From positions 320,001 to 384,000 of the forward strand of contig CP122380.1 in NCBI GenBank assembly GCA_024650005.2: 64,000 nt of DNA. Reading direction: 5' to 3'. How positions within the stretch are numbered: the first letter of the stretch is position 1; each line of letters begins with the position of its first letter. Positions 1-9,764 of the stretch are shown piece by piece. Below the pieces are notes generated by a model that was given only the letters and a program-made list of their open reading frames with translations, searched no databases and was not told where the DNA came from. Made by a program: the position numbers and the translations under genes. Origin of the DNA: Candidatus Bathyarchaeum tardum. Lineage in GTDB: Archaea > Thermoproteota > Bathyarchaeia > Bathyarchaeales > Bathyarchaeaceae.

Positions 1-1
1 G

Positions 2-430
2 GTCATTTTATCTGCATTGGGTGCAACAATCGCAATGGGTATGTCAGGTTTTGCTGGTTCGTACATGGCTGAAGAAGCAGAAAGTGCAAAAAAGCTTATC
101 ACTTTAGAAAAAATGATGTTAACCGAACTAAAAGACAGCGTAGTAGGCAAAGCTAACCGTTTTGCTTCCCTTTGGGCTGCATTAATTGGAGGAGGAGCTC
201 CTGCTTTAACTGGTGCAACATGTTTGTTGCCTTTTTTGTTTTCAGCTCACGGCATTGTTTCTGCTAGTCTAGCAATTCAAATGTCCATAGGCGTAGCTTT
301 GTGTATAATGTTCTTGTTAGGTGCCATTCTGGGAAAAATTTCCTGTCGAAACGTTGTTATCCATGGAGCAAAAATGTTAGCTGTTGGAGTTTTGTTGACT
401 CTTATCTTTTTTACGCTGAAACTAACATAG
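2..430 (+). CDS. VIT1/CCC1 family membrane protein (5' partial)
   Basis: Frame is open from the window start. The AMGMSGFAGSYMAEEAE motif and C-terminal TM helices are typical of VIT1/CCC1. Confidence 0.75.
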   Translation, partial: VILSALGATIAMGMSGFAGSYMAEEAESAKKLITLEKMMLTELKDSVVGKANRFASLWAALIGGGAPALTGATCLLPFLFSAHGIVSASLAIQMSIGVALCIMFLLGAILGKISCRNVVIHGAKMLAVGVLLTLIFFTLKLT

Positions 431-498
431 TGAATGACGTATGTCAAAGGTTATTAAGTGGTTTATAAGAGTCTAACTGGTCTGAAACAATAAACAAA

Positions 499-1638
499 TT
501 GATCTTATGGAGACAGAAATTGTTGGTTGGTCAAGAAATTCTTGAAGTTCTTTATTCGCCAGTTAAAGCATTCAAAAAAATCATAGAAAAGCCAGATTTC
601 AAAGGCGTTGCTGTTGTTTTGTTGCTTGTTATTGCTTCAGCAATAGCTGTGCAATATGTTGCTAGTTCTAAACAGTTTCTTGAATTACAGGTCCCAGAAG
701 ATGAAATCTGGACCGAAGAACTATTTAATCAACATGTTTGGACGTCTAACGGAGTGCTTTCTCGGGATGCCATTAATTATCAGGTTGGAAACAGCAGTAT
801 CCAGTCTGCAGTTACTGATTCAACTTTTTGGTTAAAGCTTACTGCCATTGAACCAATCAACTGTTCAGAAGGAACAGAATATACTGAACTTTTTTTCTGG
901 ATGAACTGGACCCATGATGCTGGTTCACGTCCAGTTTCTGGAACAATTAAACTGTTCTCTGGCAGCGAAGACAGTTACTTTGAACGAGACCTAGCAGTTC
1001 TAATTGGTTCAAACAATGAATGGTCAAACGTTACTTTGAGTATTGGTTCCGGTCAGGGTTGGGATTTAGTTAATTCTCCTGATTGGGAAAACATAACCGG
1101 TGTTGAGTTTGATCTAAATTGGGCTGATTCAGCAAACTTGAGCGTGAACGTTGACGCTCTGGTTTTTCGAACCTTTGCTTCATCTGTTCAGATGGGGACG
1201 GTTTACATTGAATTTATATCTACAATAATCCAAGCTGGAATGACATGGGTAGTTTGGGGTGGACTTTTAATTCTTGTTGCTAAACTTTTCAACGAAGACC
1301 TAGGAAAATGGAACGTGTTCTTCATAATCATCGGCTACGTTTTCATGGTAACAGTTGTCACTAATTTAATAACTGCTATTGTAGCAACAAATCTTCCTGA
1401 CTTGACCTATCTGTTGGATCCCACTTCCTCGTATTATTATGCTCGAAATGCAGAAGTTTGGGTTTCAAATTTGGGCTATCAGCTTTTGACTCCATTGCTT
1501 TGGGTCGGCTACATTTGGACAACAGGTCTTAGCGCCTTAGTAATTCATGAAATGAAAGAAATTCCTTGGGGAAAAGCTCTAACAATCGCTGTTATCGCTT
1601 TTGCTGCAAGACTGGTGCTTAGTGCTTTTGGTTTCTAA
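499..1638 (+). CDS. Yip1-domain membrane protein with an inserted extracytoplasmic beta-rich domain
   Basis: EVLYSPVKAFKKI start of Yip1, one TM, a ~170-aa Trp/Asn-rich soluble insert, then four TM helices. Confidence 0.65.
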   Translation: MILWRQKLLVGQEILEVLYSPVKAFKKIIEKPDFKGVAVVLLLVIASAIAVQYVASSKQFLELQVPEDEIWTEELFNQHVWTSNGVLSRDAINYQVGNSSIQSAVTDSTFWLKLTAIEPINCSEGTEYTELFFWMNWTHDAGSRPVSGTIKLFSGSEDSYFERDLAVLIGSNNEWSNVTLSIGSGQGWDLVNSPDWENITGVEFDLNWADSANLSVNVDALVFRTFASSVQMGTVYIEFISTIIQAGMTWVVWGGLLILVAKLFNEDLGKWNVFFIIIGYVFMVTVVTNLITAIVATNLPDLTYLLDPTSSYYYARNAEVWVSNLGYQLLTPLLWVGYIWTTGLSALVIHEMKEIPWGKALTIAVIAFAARLVLSAFGF

Positions 1639-1835
1639 AAGGCTAAATATCTGTTAAGTAAAGGGCACATCTTGGGTCATTTTGTGCTTTTTGCTTCCGT
1701 GCCCTTTTCTTTGTTGTTTGTGGCAAAACTTATATCGTCGTTAATGCTCCTTTGATTTCGCCAACAGAACCGAATAAGCACAAAATCATTTATTGATGTG
1801 TTGTTCATTTTAGTGGCAAAATAAAACGGAGGAAT

Positions 1836-2132
1836 ATGCCCTTGAAAATTAATGAACTAAGAGATGGAATGCGAAAAGTAGATGTTGAAGCAGACGTAGT
1901 CGAAAAATCAGATGTCCGCGAAGTTCGCTCACGATACACAAATGATACTTACCGTGTTGCTGACGCAACAATCGAAGACGAAACAGGCAAAATAACCCTG
2001 ACCCTATGGAACGAACAAACAGAACAAGTCAACGTTGGGGACCGTATCAAAATCGAAAACGGTTACATCAAATCTTTTAGAGATGTGCTTCAGCTCAACT
2101 CAGGAAAATATGGGACATTAACAGTCCTGTAA
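1836..2132 (+). CDS. ssb: Single-stranded DNA-binding protein (single OB fold)
   Basis: IEDETGKITLTLW OB-fold motif, 98 aa, GGAGG SD upstream. Confidence 0.85.
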   Translation: MPLKINELRDGMRKVDVEADVVEKSDVREVRSRYTNDTYRVADATIEDETGKITLTLWNEQTEQVNVGDRIKIENGYIKSFRDVLQLNSGKYGTLTVL

Positions 2133-2349
2133 ATCCCTACTTTTCTATCTAAAGATTTTGAACATTTAACTGTCCTATAAAATAGAGCAAACTTGAATTT
2201 TGTTTTTCAGGTTTTCTTTTCATATTTCTTTACTTTTTTAATCCCAAAAGAAAAACTGTTAAATCTTTGAATGAATGTTTTTCAGAAAATCATACCATTA
2301 GACTTAATGTTAATATTAAAGAGTAAATATTAACACAGAACAGCAATCC

Positions 2350-2425
2350 AGCCCGGTAGTGTAGTGGACAATCATGGAGGCCTTTGGAGCCTCTGACGGG
2401 AGTTCGAATCTCCCCCGGGCTACCA
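2350..2425 (+). tRNA. tRNA-Gln(TTG), intronless, CCA encoded
   Basis: Acceptor AGCCCGG/CCGGGCT, anticodon arm GAGGC-CTTTGGA-GCCTC, T-loop TTCGAAT. Confidence 0.95.
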
Positions 2426-2516
2426 TCTTCTAGACAATAATTTATACTTTTTAGCCGAGAGAAAATTCGCCTCATCTTCCCTCTTTTTTATTGTCTATCG
2501 TCTGGAGGTTTATTTT

Positions 2517-2639
2517 TTTAGTGAGCAGAAGATCTATTGTGAATGCTGTGGCAGCAAATGGGTTGTAATCGGCGTTGGTAATCAGATCTTAGCTATGCTT
2601 GATAAGTGCCCTTTATGTTCTGAAATAAAGTTGACTTGA
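2517..2639 (+). CDS. Putative ~40-aa zinc-ribbon microprotein (no canonical start; may be a pseudogene)
   Basis: SEQKIYCECCGSKW...DKCPLCSEIKLT*; GGAGG at 2504-2508, but TTT where the start codon is expected. Confidence 0.4.
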   Translation, partial: FSEQKIYCECCGSKWVVIGVGNQILAMLDKCPLCSEIKLT

Positions 2640-2821
2640 TTTTCTATAGAATTCTTCTATTTTAACTCGTAATAGAGAAAAAGACAGGTTCAACGTGTTA
2701 AACGAGTTAAACACGATTTTTTAACTCTAGCAGATGCAGTTCCTCTTACAAAGAAGGGCTTGCAGAAAAACAAACACCTAGCAAAGAGAATGCTCACTTT
2801 TTCTGGTCTAATCAAATCTAG

Positions 2822-3076
2822 GTGACCGTGTTGAAAGCTGATATGAAACGGGATACTTTCCGCAGAACCATTTTGGAATTTGTTGGTAAAGGCTGCGTCC
2901 ACTATACTGACTTGGGCAAGAAGGTGTGCTCCTCATGTCACCCCTTCGCTACCATAAACACCTTCAACTCGCAGCTCCGATACCTGCTGGACAGTCAATA
3001 CATTGAAAAAGTTGCCAGAGGCGTCTACCAGATAACAATCAGAGGCACACAATACCTGCATCTACTAACAGAATAG
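2822..3076 (+). CDS. Small winged-helix DNA-binding protein
   Basis: FNSQLRYLLDSQYIEKVARGVYQITIRG wHTH wing pattern. Confidence 0.7.
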   Translation: MTVLKADMKRDTFRRTILEFVGKGCVHYTDLGKKVCSSCHPFATINTFNSQLRYLLDSQYIEKVARGVYQITIRGTQYLHLLTE

Positions 3077-3095
3077 CACCCATTTCACGACTCTA

Positions 3096-3145
3096 GTCAA
3101 ATTTTCTTGACCAGTACCCAATAAAGTTGGTCAAGGTTTCTTGAC
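3096..3145 (+). promoter_or_regulatory. Tandem GTCAA-N6-TTGAC operators upstream of a BRE/TATA-like element (copy 1)
   Basis: Palindromes at 3096-3111 and 3130-3145, 34 bp apart; the element is duplicated at 12637-12686. Confidence 0.75.
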
Positions 3146-3193
3146 AAAAACCCTTTTTCATACAAATTAACGATACATAAACCTGATCACATA

Positions 3194-4480
3194 ATGAAGA
3201 AAATATCAATGCTTTCGTTATTGATTTTGCTTACTTTGATTAGCTCAGTATTTACTCCCTGTGGTAATGCTTCTTTGGAGTTGTGGAGCCAAACTTATGG
3301 TGGTGATAGTTATGAAACTGCTACTGTTGTTGTTGAAACTTCTGGGGATAATGGTTTGGCTATTGCAGGCGGCACAACCTCTTTTGGTTTTGGAGATGGT
3401 GAGTATGATTTTTGGTTAATCAAAACCAACAGTTACGGAGTTATGGAATGGAACCAAACCTACGGTAAAGAAGGTGACGATTACCCTTATTCACTAATCG
3501 AAACCGTTGATGGTGGATTTGCACTGGTTGGAAAAACAGGTGGAGGTGGGTCTTTTCTTGGTGATGATTATGATGTTTTGCTAATCAAAACAGACAAGTT
3601 CGGAAATGTGCAATGGAACAAAACTTTTGGGGGAACAAAAGGCGACAGCGGCAACTGTTTGATTCAAACCTCTGATGGAGGATTTGCTTTTGTTGGCTAC
3701 ACAGAATTAGACACAACAGGATGTGATTTTTGGCTGGTCAAGATTGACAGTGATGGAAACATACAATGGCAAAAAACTTACGCACTTGGAGTTAACAACT
3801 ACAATCGAGCAGGCTCATTAGTTGAACTTTCTGATGGCGGATATGTTATAGTGGGCACTGTTTCACCTTTTATGGGTGGAGGCGACAGTTGGTTCATTAA
3901 AGTTGACCAGTATGGCAATATGGTGTGGAATCAAACCTACAAAAACGGAAAACTTTTTTCAATAGTCAAGACCGTCGATGGTTTTGTTTTGGCAGGAGAT
4001 ACCCGAAGTTATGGCGCAAAGGGATTGGACGATTTTTGGTTACTTAAAACGGATGCTGTTGGAAATGTGGAATGGAATCAAACATTTGGTGGAGCTAGCA
4101 GTGATGTTAGTTCGGATTTAATCCAAACATTAGATGGTGGATTTGCTATAGCTGGTTATACTGAGTCTTTCGGTGAAGGCGCTAGAGATTTCTGGCTAAT
4201 AAAAACAGATGCAACTGGAAAGGCGGTTTGGAATCAAACGTATGGAGATTCTAGATATTGTGATGCTAATTCGTTAGTGCAAACTTTTGATGGCGGATTC
4301 GTGCTTGTTGGAGCAGTTAACTCAATTTCTCCTTCTTCTGATTGGTGGGTAATAAAAGCTGACATGCAAGGTATTCCAGAGTTTTCGTCATGGACACCCC
4401 TACTGATTATGCTAGTTGCTTTCTTGATTGTGGCGGTCATTTACAGACAAAAACTAAGCCAAAGGAGAGCGGAACAGTGA
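3194..4480 (+). CDS. Secreted beta-propeller repeat protein with PEF-CTERM-like sorting tail
   Basis: Signal peptide, repeated DFWLIKTD-G-EWNQTYGG blades, C-terminal IPEFSSW-TM-basic tail. Confidence 0.85.
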   Translation: MKKISMLSLLILLTLISSVFTPCGNASLELWSQTYGGDSYETATVVVETSGDNGLAIAGGTTSFGFGDGEYDFWLIKTNSYGVMEWNQTYGKEGDDYPYSLIETVDGGFALVGKTGGGGSFLGDDYDVLLIKTDKFGNVQWNKTFGGTKGDSGNCLIQTSDGGFAFVGYTELDTTGCDFWLVKIDSDGNIQWQKTYALGVNNYNRAGSLVELSDGGYVIVGTVSPFMGGGDSWFIKVDQYGNMVWNQTYKNGKLFSIVKTVDGFVLAGDTRSYGAKGLDDFWLLKTDAVGNVEWNQTFGGASSDVSSDLIQTLDGGFAIAGYTESFGEGARDFWLIKTDATGKAVWNQTYGDSRYCDANSLVQTFDGGFVLVGAVNSISPSSDWWVIKADMQGIPEFSSWTPLLIMLVAFLIVAVIYRQKLSQRRAEQ

Positions 4481-5508
4481 AACGGTCTGCTTCTTTGCTT
4501 GCTCTGTTGCTGTTTCTTTCTGTTGTTCTGCCCGCTTTTTCAACCCCTTTAGTATGGGCAGCTGAGGATTCTTGGACAACCTTGGAGCCGATGCCTACGG
4601 AGAGAGCTTGGCTTGGGGTTGCTGTTGTAGACGGGAAGATATACGCAATAGTTGACACAATTAATTACGAGTATGATCCATCAACAAACTCGTGGACTAC
4701 AAAGACGCCAATGCCAACCCCAAGGAATGGTTTTGGAATAGCTGTGGTTGAAAATAAAATATACGTTATAGGTGGAGGGACTGTAATAAACGAAGCATAT
4801 GATCCCACAACAGATACATGGGAAACTAAAGCTCCAATGAATATTGCAAGAAGCGGGTTATCTGCAAGCGTTATAAATGGAAAAATCTATTGCATAGGAG
4901 GGAATAGGGGCGAACCCACCTATTCTGGAGTTTCTGCAACTGAGGTTTATGATCCATCAACAGACACTTGGACTACCGCACATCAAATACCAACTCCTGT
5001 TACTGGTCATGTTTCCGCGGTTGTCAATAACAAAATTTACATAATCGGTGGTGCAATTGGTGTTACTCTCAATCAAATTTATGACCTTGAAACTGACGCA
5101 TGGAGCACCGGAGCCCCATTACCTACGGGCGTGGACTCTGCAGCTGCGGGTGTAACCGCCGGAACCACAGGCACACAAAGAATTTTTGTAATAGGTGGGA
5201 AACAGAATCTCGACGCCGTAAAATTGAATCAGGTCTATGATCCAGAAACAGATACGTGGGTTTATGGTCCTGCAATGCCGACTGCCCGTTATAGTTTAGG
5301 TGTTGCAGTCGTAAACGATAGTATATATGCAATTGGGGGACGCGAAGGCTGGTTTGGATCTCCCGTCTCCGCAGCAAACGAAAAATACACACCAGCCGAT
5401 TTCATCCCAGAGTTTCCCTCATTGTCAATATTAGTTGCTGGGGTATCAGTTGTTTTGATTTTATCAGTATTTTTTAGGCAGAAAATTAAGAAAGGAAGGA
5501 AAACATGA
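4477..5508 (+). CDS. Kelch-repeat surface protein, PEF-CTERM-like
   Basis: GTG start overlapping the upstream TGA, Kelch GKIYxIGG...YDP...W repeats, IPEFPSL-TM tail. Confidence 0.85.
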   Translation: MKRSASLLALLLFLSVVLPAFSTPLVWAAEDSWTTLEPMPTERAWLGVAVVDGKIYAIVDTINYEYDPSTNSWTTKTPMPTPRNGFGIAVVENKIYVIGGGTVINEAYDPTTDTWETKAPMNIARSGLSASVINGKIYCIGGNRGEPTYSGVSATEVYDPSTDTWTTAHQIPTPVTGHVSAVVNNKIYIIGGAIGVTLNQIYDLETDAWSTGAPLPTGVDSAAAGVTAGTTGTQRIFVIGGKQNLDAVKLNQVYDPETDTWVYGPAMPTARYSLGVAVVNDSIYAIGGREGWFGSPVSAANEKYTPADFIPEFPSLSILVAGVSVVLILSVFFRQKIKKGRKT

Positions 5509-6476
5509 ACAAAATCAAACCATTATTTTCTGTTTTTCTGATTTCCTTCCTTGTTTTGGCATCTATTCCTCAGATTAAAGTAGTGAAGGCACAGGGCAAT
5601 ACGATTTACATTAGAGCTGATGGAACAGTTGAGGGAACAGATAAGCTTCAACGGGATGGGAATGTATATACTTTTAGAGATAACATTAATGCTGAAATTA
5701 CAGTTGAGATTGATGATATTGTAATTGATGGAGCAGATTATAGTCTTCAGGGAAATGGAGACGGTGTGGGAATACATGTTCCTAACAATGGTAATCTGGA
5801 AATAAAGAATACCAAAATACAGGGTTTCAAATTTGCTATTTACTTTGATTACTATTCTAAGAACAGTAACATCATTTCTGGCAATACTTTGACAAATAAC
5901 ACCCATGGTATCTACATCTATTCAAGTAATAACCATATTTTTGGGAACTACATAGAGGACAGTGGAACAGGGATACGACTGGTAGAATCTTATAACAATA
6001 CAATTTTTCAAAACAAAATAGTTGGAAATGAAGCAGGAATCGGTTTTGGTAGTGGAGGTGGATACAGCACTATATTTCATAATTTGATAGCAGACAACGA
6101 TTATGCCTTCACATTTTGGGCAAATTCACAAAATATCATCTACGGAAACAATCTAATTAACAACACAAATCAAGTGCATGTTTGGAGTTCATCAAATAAC
6201 TGGGATTATGAGTCAACGGGAAATTATTGGAGCGACTACAACGGCACAGACAGCAACGGAGATGGAATCGGTGACACACCCTATGTGATTAGCACCTCTC
6301 CTGAAGATTATGGAGATGCTGACAACTGCCCATTAATGAAACCAGTTAACGATGCTATAATCCCAGAGTTTCCCTCATGGACACCAATGCTGATTATGTT
6401 ATGTGCAGTTTTAGCCATGGCGGTCGCTTACAGACGAAGACTACATGAACAGAACCAAAGGAGAGCGGATCAGTGA
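5505..6476 (+). CDS. NosD/CASH right-handed beta-helix surface protein, PEF-CTERM-like
   Basis: Asn/Ile-rich repeats, GNYWSDYNGTDSNGDGIGDTPY motif, IPEFPSW tail. Confidence 0.85.
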   Translation: MNKIKPLFSVFLISFLVLASIPQIKVVKAQGNTIYIRADGTVEGTDKLQRDGNVYTFRDNINAEITVEIDDIVIDGADYSLQGNGDGVGIHVPNNGNLEIKNTKIQGFKFAIYFDYYSKNSNIISGNTLTNNTHGIYIYSSNNHIFGNYIEDSGTGIRLVESYNNTIFQNKIVGNEAGIGFGSGGGYSTIFHNLIADNDYAFTFWANSQNIIYGNNLINNTNQVHVWSSSNNWDYESTGNYWSDYNGTDSNGDGIGDTPYVISTSPEDYGDADNCPLMKPVNDAIIPEFPSWTPMLIMLCAVLAMAVAYRRRLHEQNQRRADQ

Positions 6477-7597
6477 AACGATCTGCAAGTCTGCTTGTTC
6501 TGTTGTTGCTTCTTTCTTTGCTTCTGCCTTTTTTGTTAACACCTTTAGTTAGGGCTGCTGAGGATTCTTGGCTTTCAAAAGCATCTATGAACGAAACCAG
6601 AGCATATCTAGGAGCTGAAGTTGTTAATGGAAAAATCTATGCTATTGGAGGCGACCAAGGGTCACTAATTGGAAACGCCATGAATTCAGTAGGAATGACT
6701 CAACAAACCACAAATGCTACTGAGGAATACAATCCCAGCTTAGACAAATGGACAATAAAGTCTCCGATGCCAACTGCTAGAGCACGTTTTGGAACTGCAG
6801 TATACCAAAACAAAATTTATTGTATAGGAGGATATACCGCCACTTTCGATGGTGGAACCAACTACTTTGACCTAGAGGCAAATGAAGTCTATAATCCAAT
6901 TAATGATACTTGGGAAAGTAAGACACCTTTACCAACCCCTAGACATTCCCCAACAACAAATATGGTTAACGGAAAAATCTATGTCATAGGCGGATACTCG
7001 ATTACTACACACTCCATACTGAATGTAGCCGAAGTCTATGATCCAACCAGTAATACGTGGGAAACAATATCTCCGCCTCCTCTGGAAGTCGGAAGCAGTG
7101 CCTCGGCAGTTATTGACAACAAAATATACGCCTTAGGACAAAATTCAAGTGCCTGGGAAACTTTCATTCAAGTTTATGATCCTTTGACTGACAAATGGAA
7201 CATTAAAGGGTATACACCTGTGAGTGCTTTTGCAAGTGCTGTTGTAACAAGTGGTTTGAGTGCTCCAGAGAGGATTTACTTTTTTGATGAGAACAGAACG
7301 GACGTTTACAATCCCACCGACGATAGTTGGGTAGAAGGTACTCCAGCACCAACGAATCGACCTGTTGCTGCTGTCGCTGTTATTGATGATTTAATTTATC
7401 TTGTTGGTGGACGTACTGGACAATGGGGCTATATGACTTTCATGTATCCCAGCGCTCTATGTGAACAATACTTACCAATCGGCTATATTCCAGAGTTTCC
7501 CTCGTGGACACCCCTACTGAGTACTCTAGTTGCTGTCCTGGTGGTAGCGGCTATTTACCGGCGAAGACTAGCCAATAATCATGGGATGATAGAATAG
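6473..7597 (+). CDS. Kelch-repeat surface protein, PEF-CTERM-like
   Basis: Signal peptide, Kelch repeats, IPEFPSW-TM-RRR tail. Confidence 0.85.
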   Translation: MKRSASLLVLLLLLSLLLPFLLTPLVRAAEDSWLSKASMNETRAYLGAEVVNGKIYAIGGDQGSLIGNAMNSVGMTQQTTNATEEYNPSLDKWTIKSPMPTARARFGTAVYQNKIYCIGGYTATFDGGTNYFDLEANEVYNPINDTWESKTPLPTPRHSPTTNMVNGKIYVIGGYSITTHSILNVAEVYDPTSNTWETISPPPLEVGSSASAVIDNKIYALGQNSSAWETFIQVYDPLTDKWNIKGYTPVSAFASAVVTSGLSAPERIYFFDENRTDVYNPTDDSWVEGTPAPTNRPVAAVAVIDDLIYLVGGRTGQWGYMTFMYPSALCEQYLPIGYIPEFPSWTPLLSTLVAVLVVAAIYRRRLANNHGMIE

Positions 7598-8706
7598 TGA
7601 AAAAATCTGCAATCTTGCTTGCTTTATTGCTGTTTCTTTCTGTTCTTCTTCCAACTTTATCAACACCTTTAGTTTGGGCAACTGAGGATTGGTGGACAAC
7701 AATGGAGCCTATGCCGACTAATAGAAGTAGCTTGGGAGTTGCTGTTGTGAATGGTAAAATCTACGCAATTGGAGGCGTCCAAAGTGACATTAATGAAGAG
7801 TACGATCCGGCAAAAAACAGCTGGACAACCAAAATGCCTATGCCAACCGCAAGAGGAGATTTTGCTATAGTCGTTCTTCAAGATAGAATATATGCAATTG
7901 GGGGATTGACCAGATCAGGACAATGGACTGCTGAACTTACAGGCGTAAATGAAGTCTACGACCCGGCAACAGACTCATGGGCAACAAAAAAGTCAATTCC
8001 CGTACCCAAAGCTGGTTTATCAGCAAATGTCGTAGAGGGTAAAATCTATCTAATCGGTGGATTTACTCAACTAGCAAATAGTACTGTCAAAACAACAAGC
8101 GACGAAACCCTTGTTTATGATCCTATCGATGATTCTTGGACTACAAAAACGCCAATCCCCACTGCGACATTAGATTATGCCACAGCAGTTGTTGACGACA
8201 AAATCTATGTAATCTCGGGAACTTCACGTGCCTATAGCGATAGTCTAGTAAATCCAACTCAAATTTACGACCCAAAAACAGATACGTGGAGTCAAGGCGC
8301 TCCAATTCCTTATCCCATACAACAGGCTGCTGCAGGCGCAACAACGGGACTTGGAGCACCCAAAGGAATCTATGTCATAGGTGGATTCACTGGCTTTTAT
8401 TGGTCCACAAACAAAAATCAAGTATACGATCCAGAAAAGGACACATGGAGTTCAGGAGCTGATATGATCACACCATCATTTGGTTTAGATGCGACCGTTG
8501 TGGACGACCAACTTTACGCAATAGGGGGTTGCCCCGGCTATTTACAGGGATCAACAGCAACAGTAGAAAAATATACTCCAGCAGACTATATTCCAGAGTT
8601 TCCCTCCTGGACACCCCTACTTATCACATTGGTTGCAGTGGTAGCGGTAGCAGTTGTTTACAGACATGATCTACACAAACAAAACCAAAGGAGTGAGAAC
8701 CAGTGA
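7597..8706 (+). CDS. Kelch-repeat surface protein, PEF-CTERM-like
   Basis: Signal peptide, Kelch repeats, IPEFPSW tail. Confidence 0.85.
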   Translation: MKKSAILLALLLFLSVLLPTLSTPLVWATEDWWTTMEPMPTNRSSLGVAVVNGKIYAIGGVQSDINEEYDPAKNSWTTKMPMPTARGDFAIVVLQDRIYAIGGLTRSGQWTAELTGVNEVYDPATDSWATKKSIPVPKAGLSANVVEGKIYLIGGFTQLANSTVKTTSDETLVYDPIDDSWTTKTPIPTATLDYATAVVDDKIYVISGTSRAYSDSLVNPTQIYDPKTDTWSQGAPIPYPIQQAAAGATTGLGAPKGIYVIGGFTGFYWSTNKNQVYDPEKDTWSSGADMITPSFGLDATVVDDQLYAIGGCPGYLQGSTATVEKYTPADYIPEFPSWTPLLITLVAVVAVAVVYRHDLHKQNQRSENQ

Positions 8707-9764
8707 AAAAGTCTACGTGTTTGTTTGCTCTGTTGCTGTTTCTTTCTTTGGTTCTGCCTTTTTTGTCAACACCTTTAGTTAGGGCTGTTGAGGATTCTTG
8801 GACAACTTTAGAGCCTATGCCTATTAGTTGTTCAAGAGTTGCTGTTGTAAAAGAGAAAATTTACACGATTGGAAATAGTGGCATTGCAGAGTATGACACT
8901 GCTTCAGACTCATGGACATTAAAGAATCCGATGCCGGCTAACAGAAGCGGTTTTGCAGTAGCTGTTTATGAAAATAAAATTTACATTATAGGTGGAAGCA
9001 ACGGATTAAATCAAATCTATGATCCAGCAACTGAAACATGGGAAAATAGAACTACAATGCTTACTCCCAGAATACAGTTAGAAGCAAACGTTGTTAATAG
9101 CAAAATCTATTTAATTGGGGGAAAAACTGGTGGTCAATATTCCACTGTAGCTTTGAATGAAGTTTATGATCCTGCCACTGACACATGGACTGCAAAAGAG
9201 CCAATGCCATTTCCTGTTGCACAATATGCCTCTGCAGTAGTTGGTGACAAAATCTATGTCTTTGGTGGTCAAGATGAATACCAATTGCCTAATCCAAACT
9301 TGAATGTAACCCAAATATATGATACTATAACAGACACTTGGAGTTTTGGAGCGCCACTTCCCTATGTGGTGTGGAAAGCAGCTGCAGGAGCAACAACTGG
9401 ACAAATGGCTCCCCAAAGAATCTATATTATGGGTGGATTGCCAGAAGGGAGTCTTTTTGGTACAGATTTAAATCAGATTTATGATCCAGAAACTAATGCT
9501 TGGAGTTTAGGTTCTACTATGCCTATTGCCCGTGCTGGGTTGCATGTTGCGGTTGTAAACGATGTGATATACTCAATGGGAGGAGTACCTTACATCAATG
9601 TTCAAGCAACATGGATCCCAGAAAATTACCGATACACACCAATAGATTACATCTCAGAGTTTCCCTCATGGACAATCCTACTGATCGTATTGGTTGCAGT
9701 GTTGGTTGTGGCAGTTGTTTACAGAGTAAAATTGGACAAACAGAATCGGGGGGAAGATAAATAG
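8703..9764 (+). CDS. Kelch-repeat surface protein, variant ISEFPSW tail
   Basis: Signal peptide and Kelch repeats; the sorting motif has Pro>Ser (TCA at 9654). Confidence 0.85.
   Translation: MKKSTCLFALLLFLSLVLPFLSTPLVRAVEDSWTTLEPMPISCSRVAVVKEKIYTIGNSGIAEYDTASDSWTLKNPMPANRSGFAVAVYENKIYIIGGSNGLNQIYDPATETWENRTTMLTPRIQLEANVVNSKIYLIGGKTGGQYSTVALNEVYDPATDTWTAKEPMPFPVAQYASAVVGDKIYVFGGQDEYQLPNPNLNVTQIYDTITDTWSFGAPLPYVVWKAAAGATTGQMAPQRIYIMGGLPEGSLFGTDLNQIYDPETNAWSLGSTMPIARAGLHVAVVNDVIYSMGGVPYINVQATWIPENYRYTPIDYISEFPSWTILLIVLVAVLVVAVVYRVKLDKQNRGEDK

Noticed and set aside
2290-2475. 61-aa minus-strand ORF
   Set aside because: It is the antisense shadow of tRNA-Gln.
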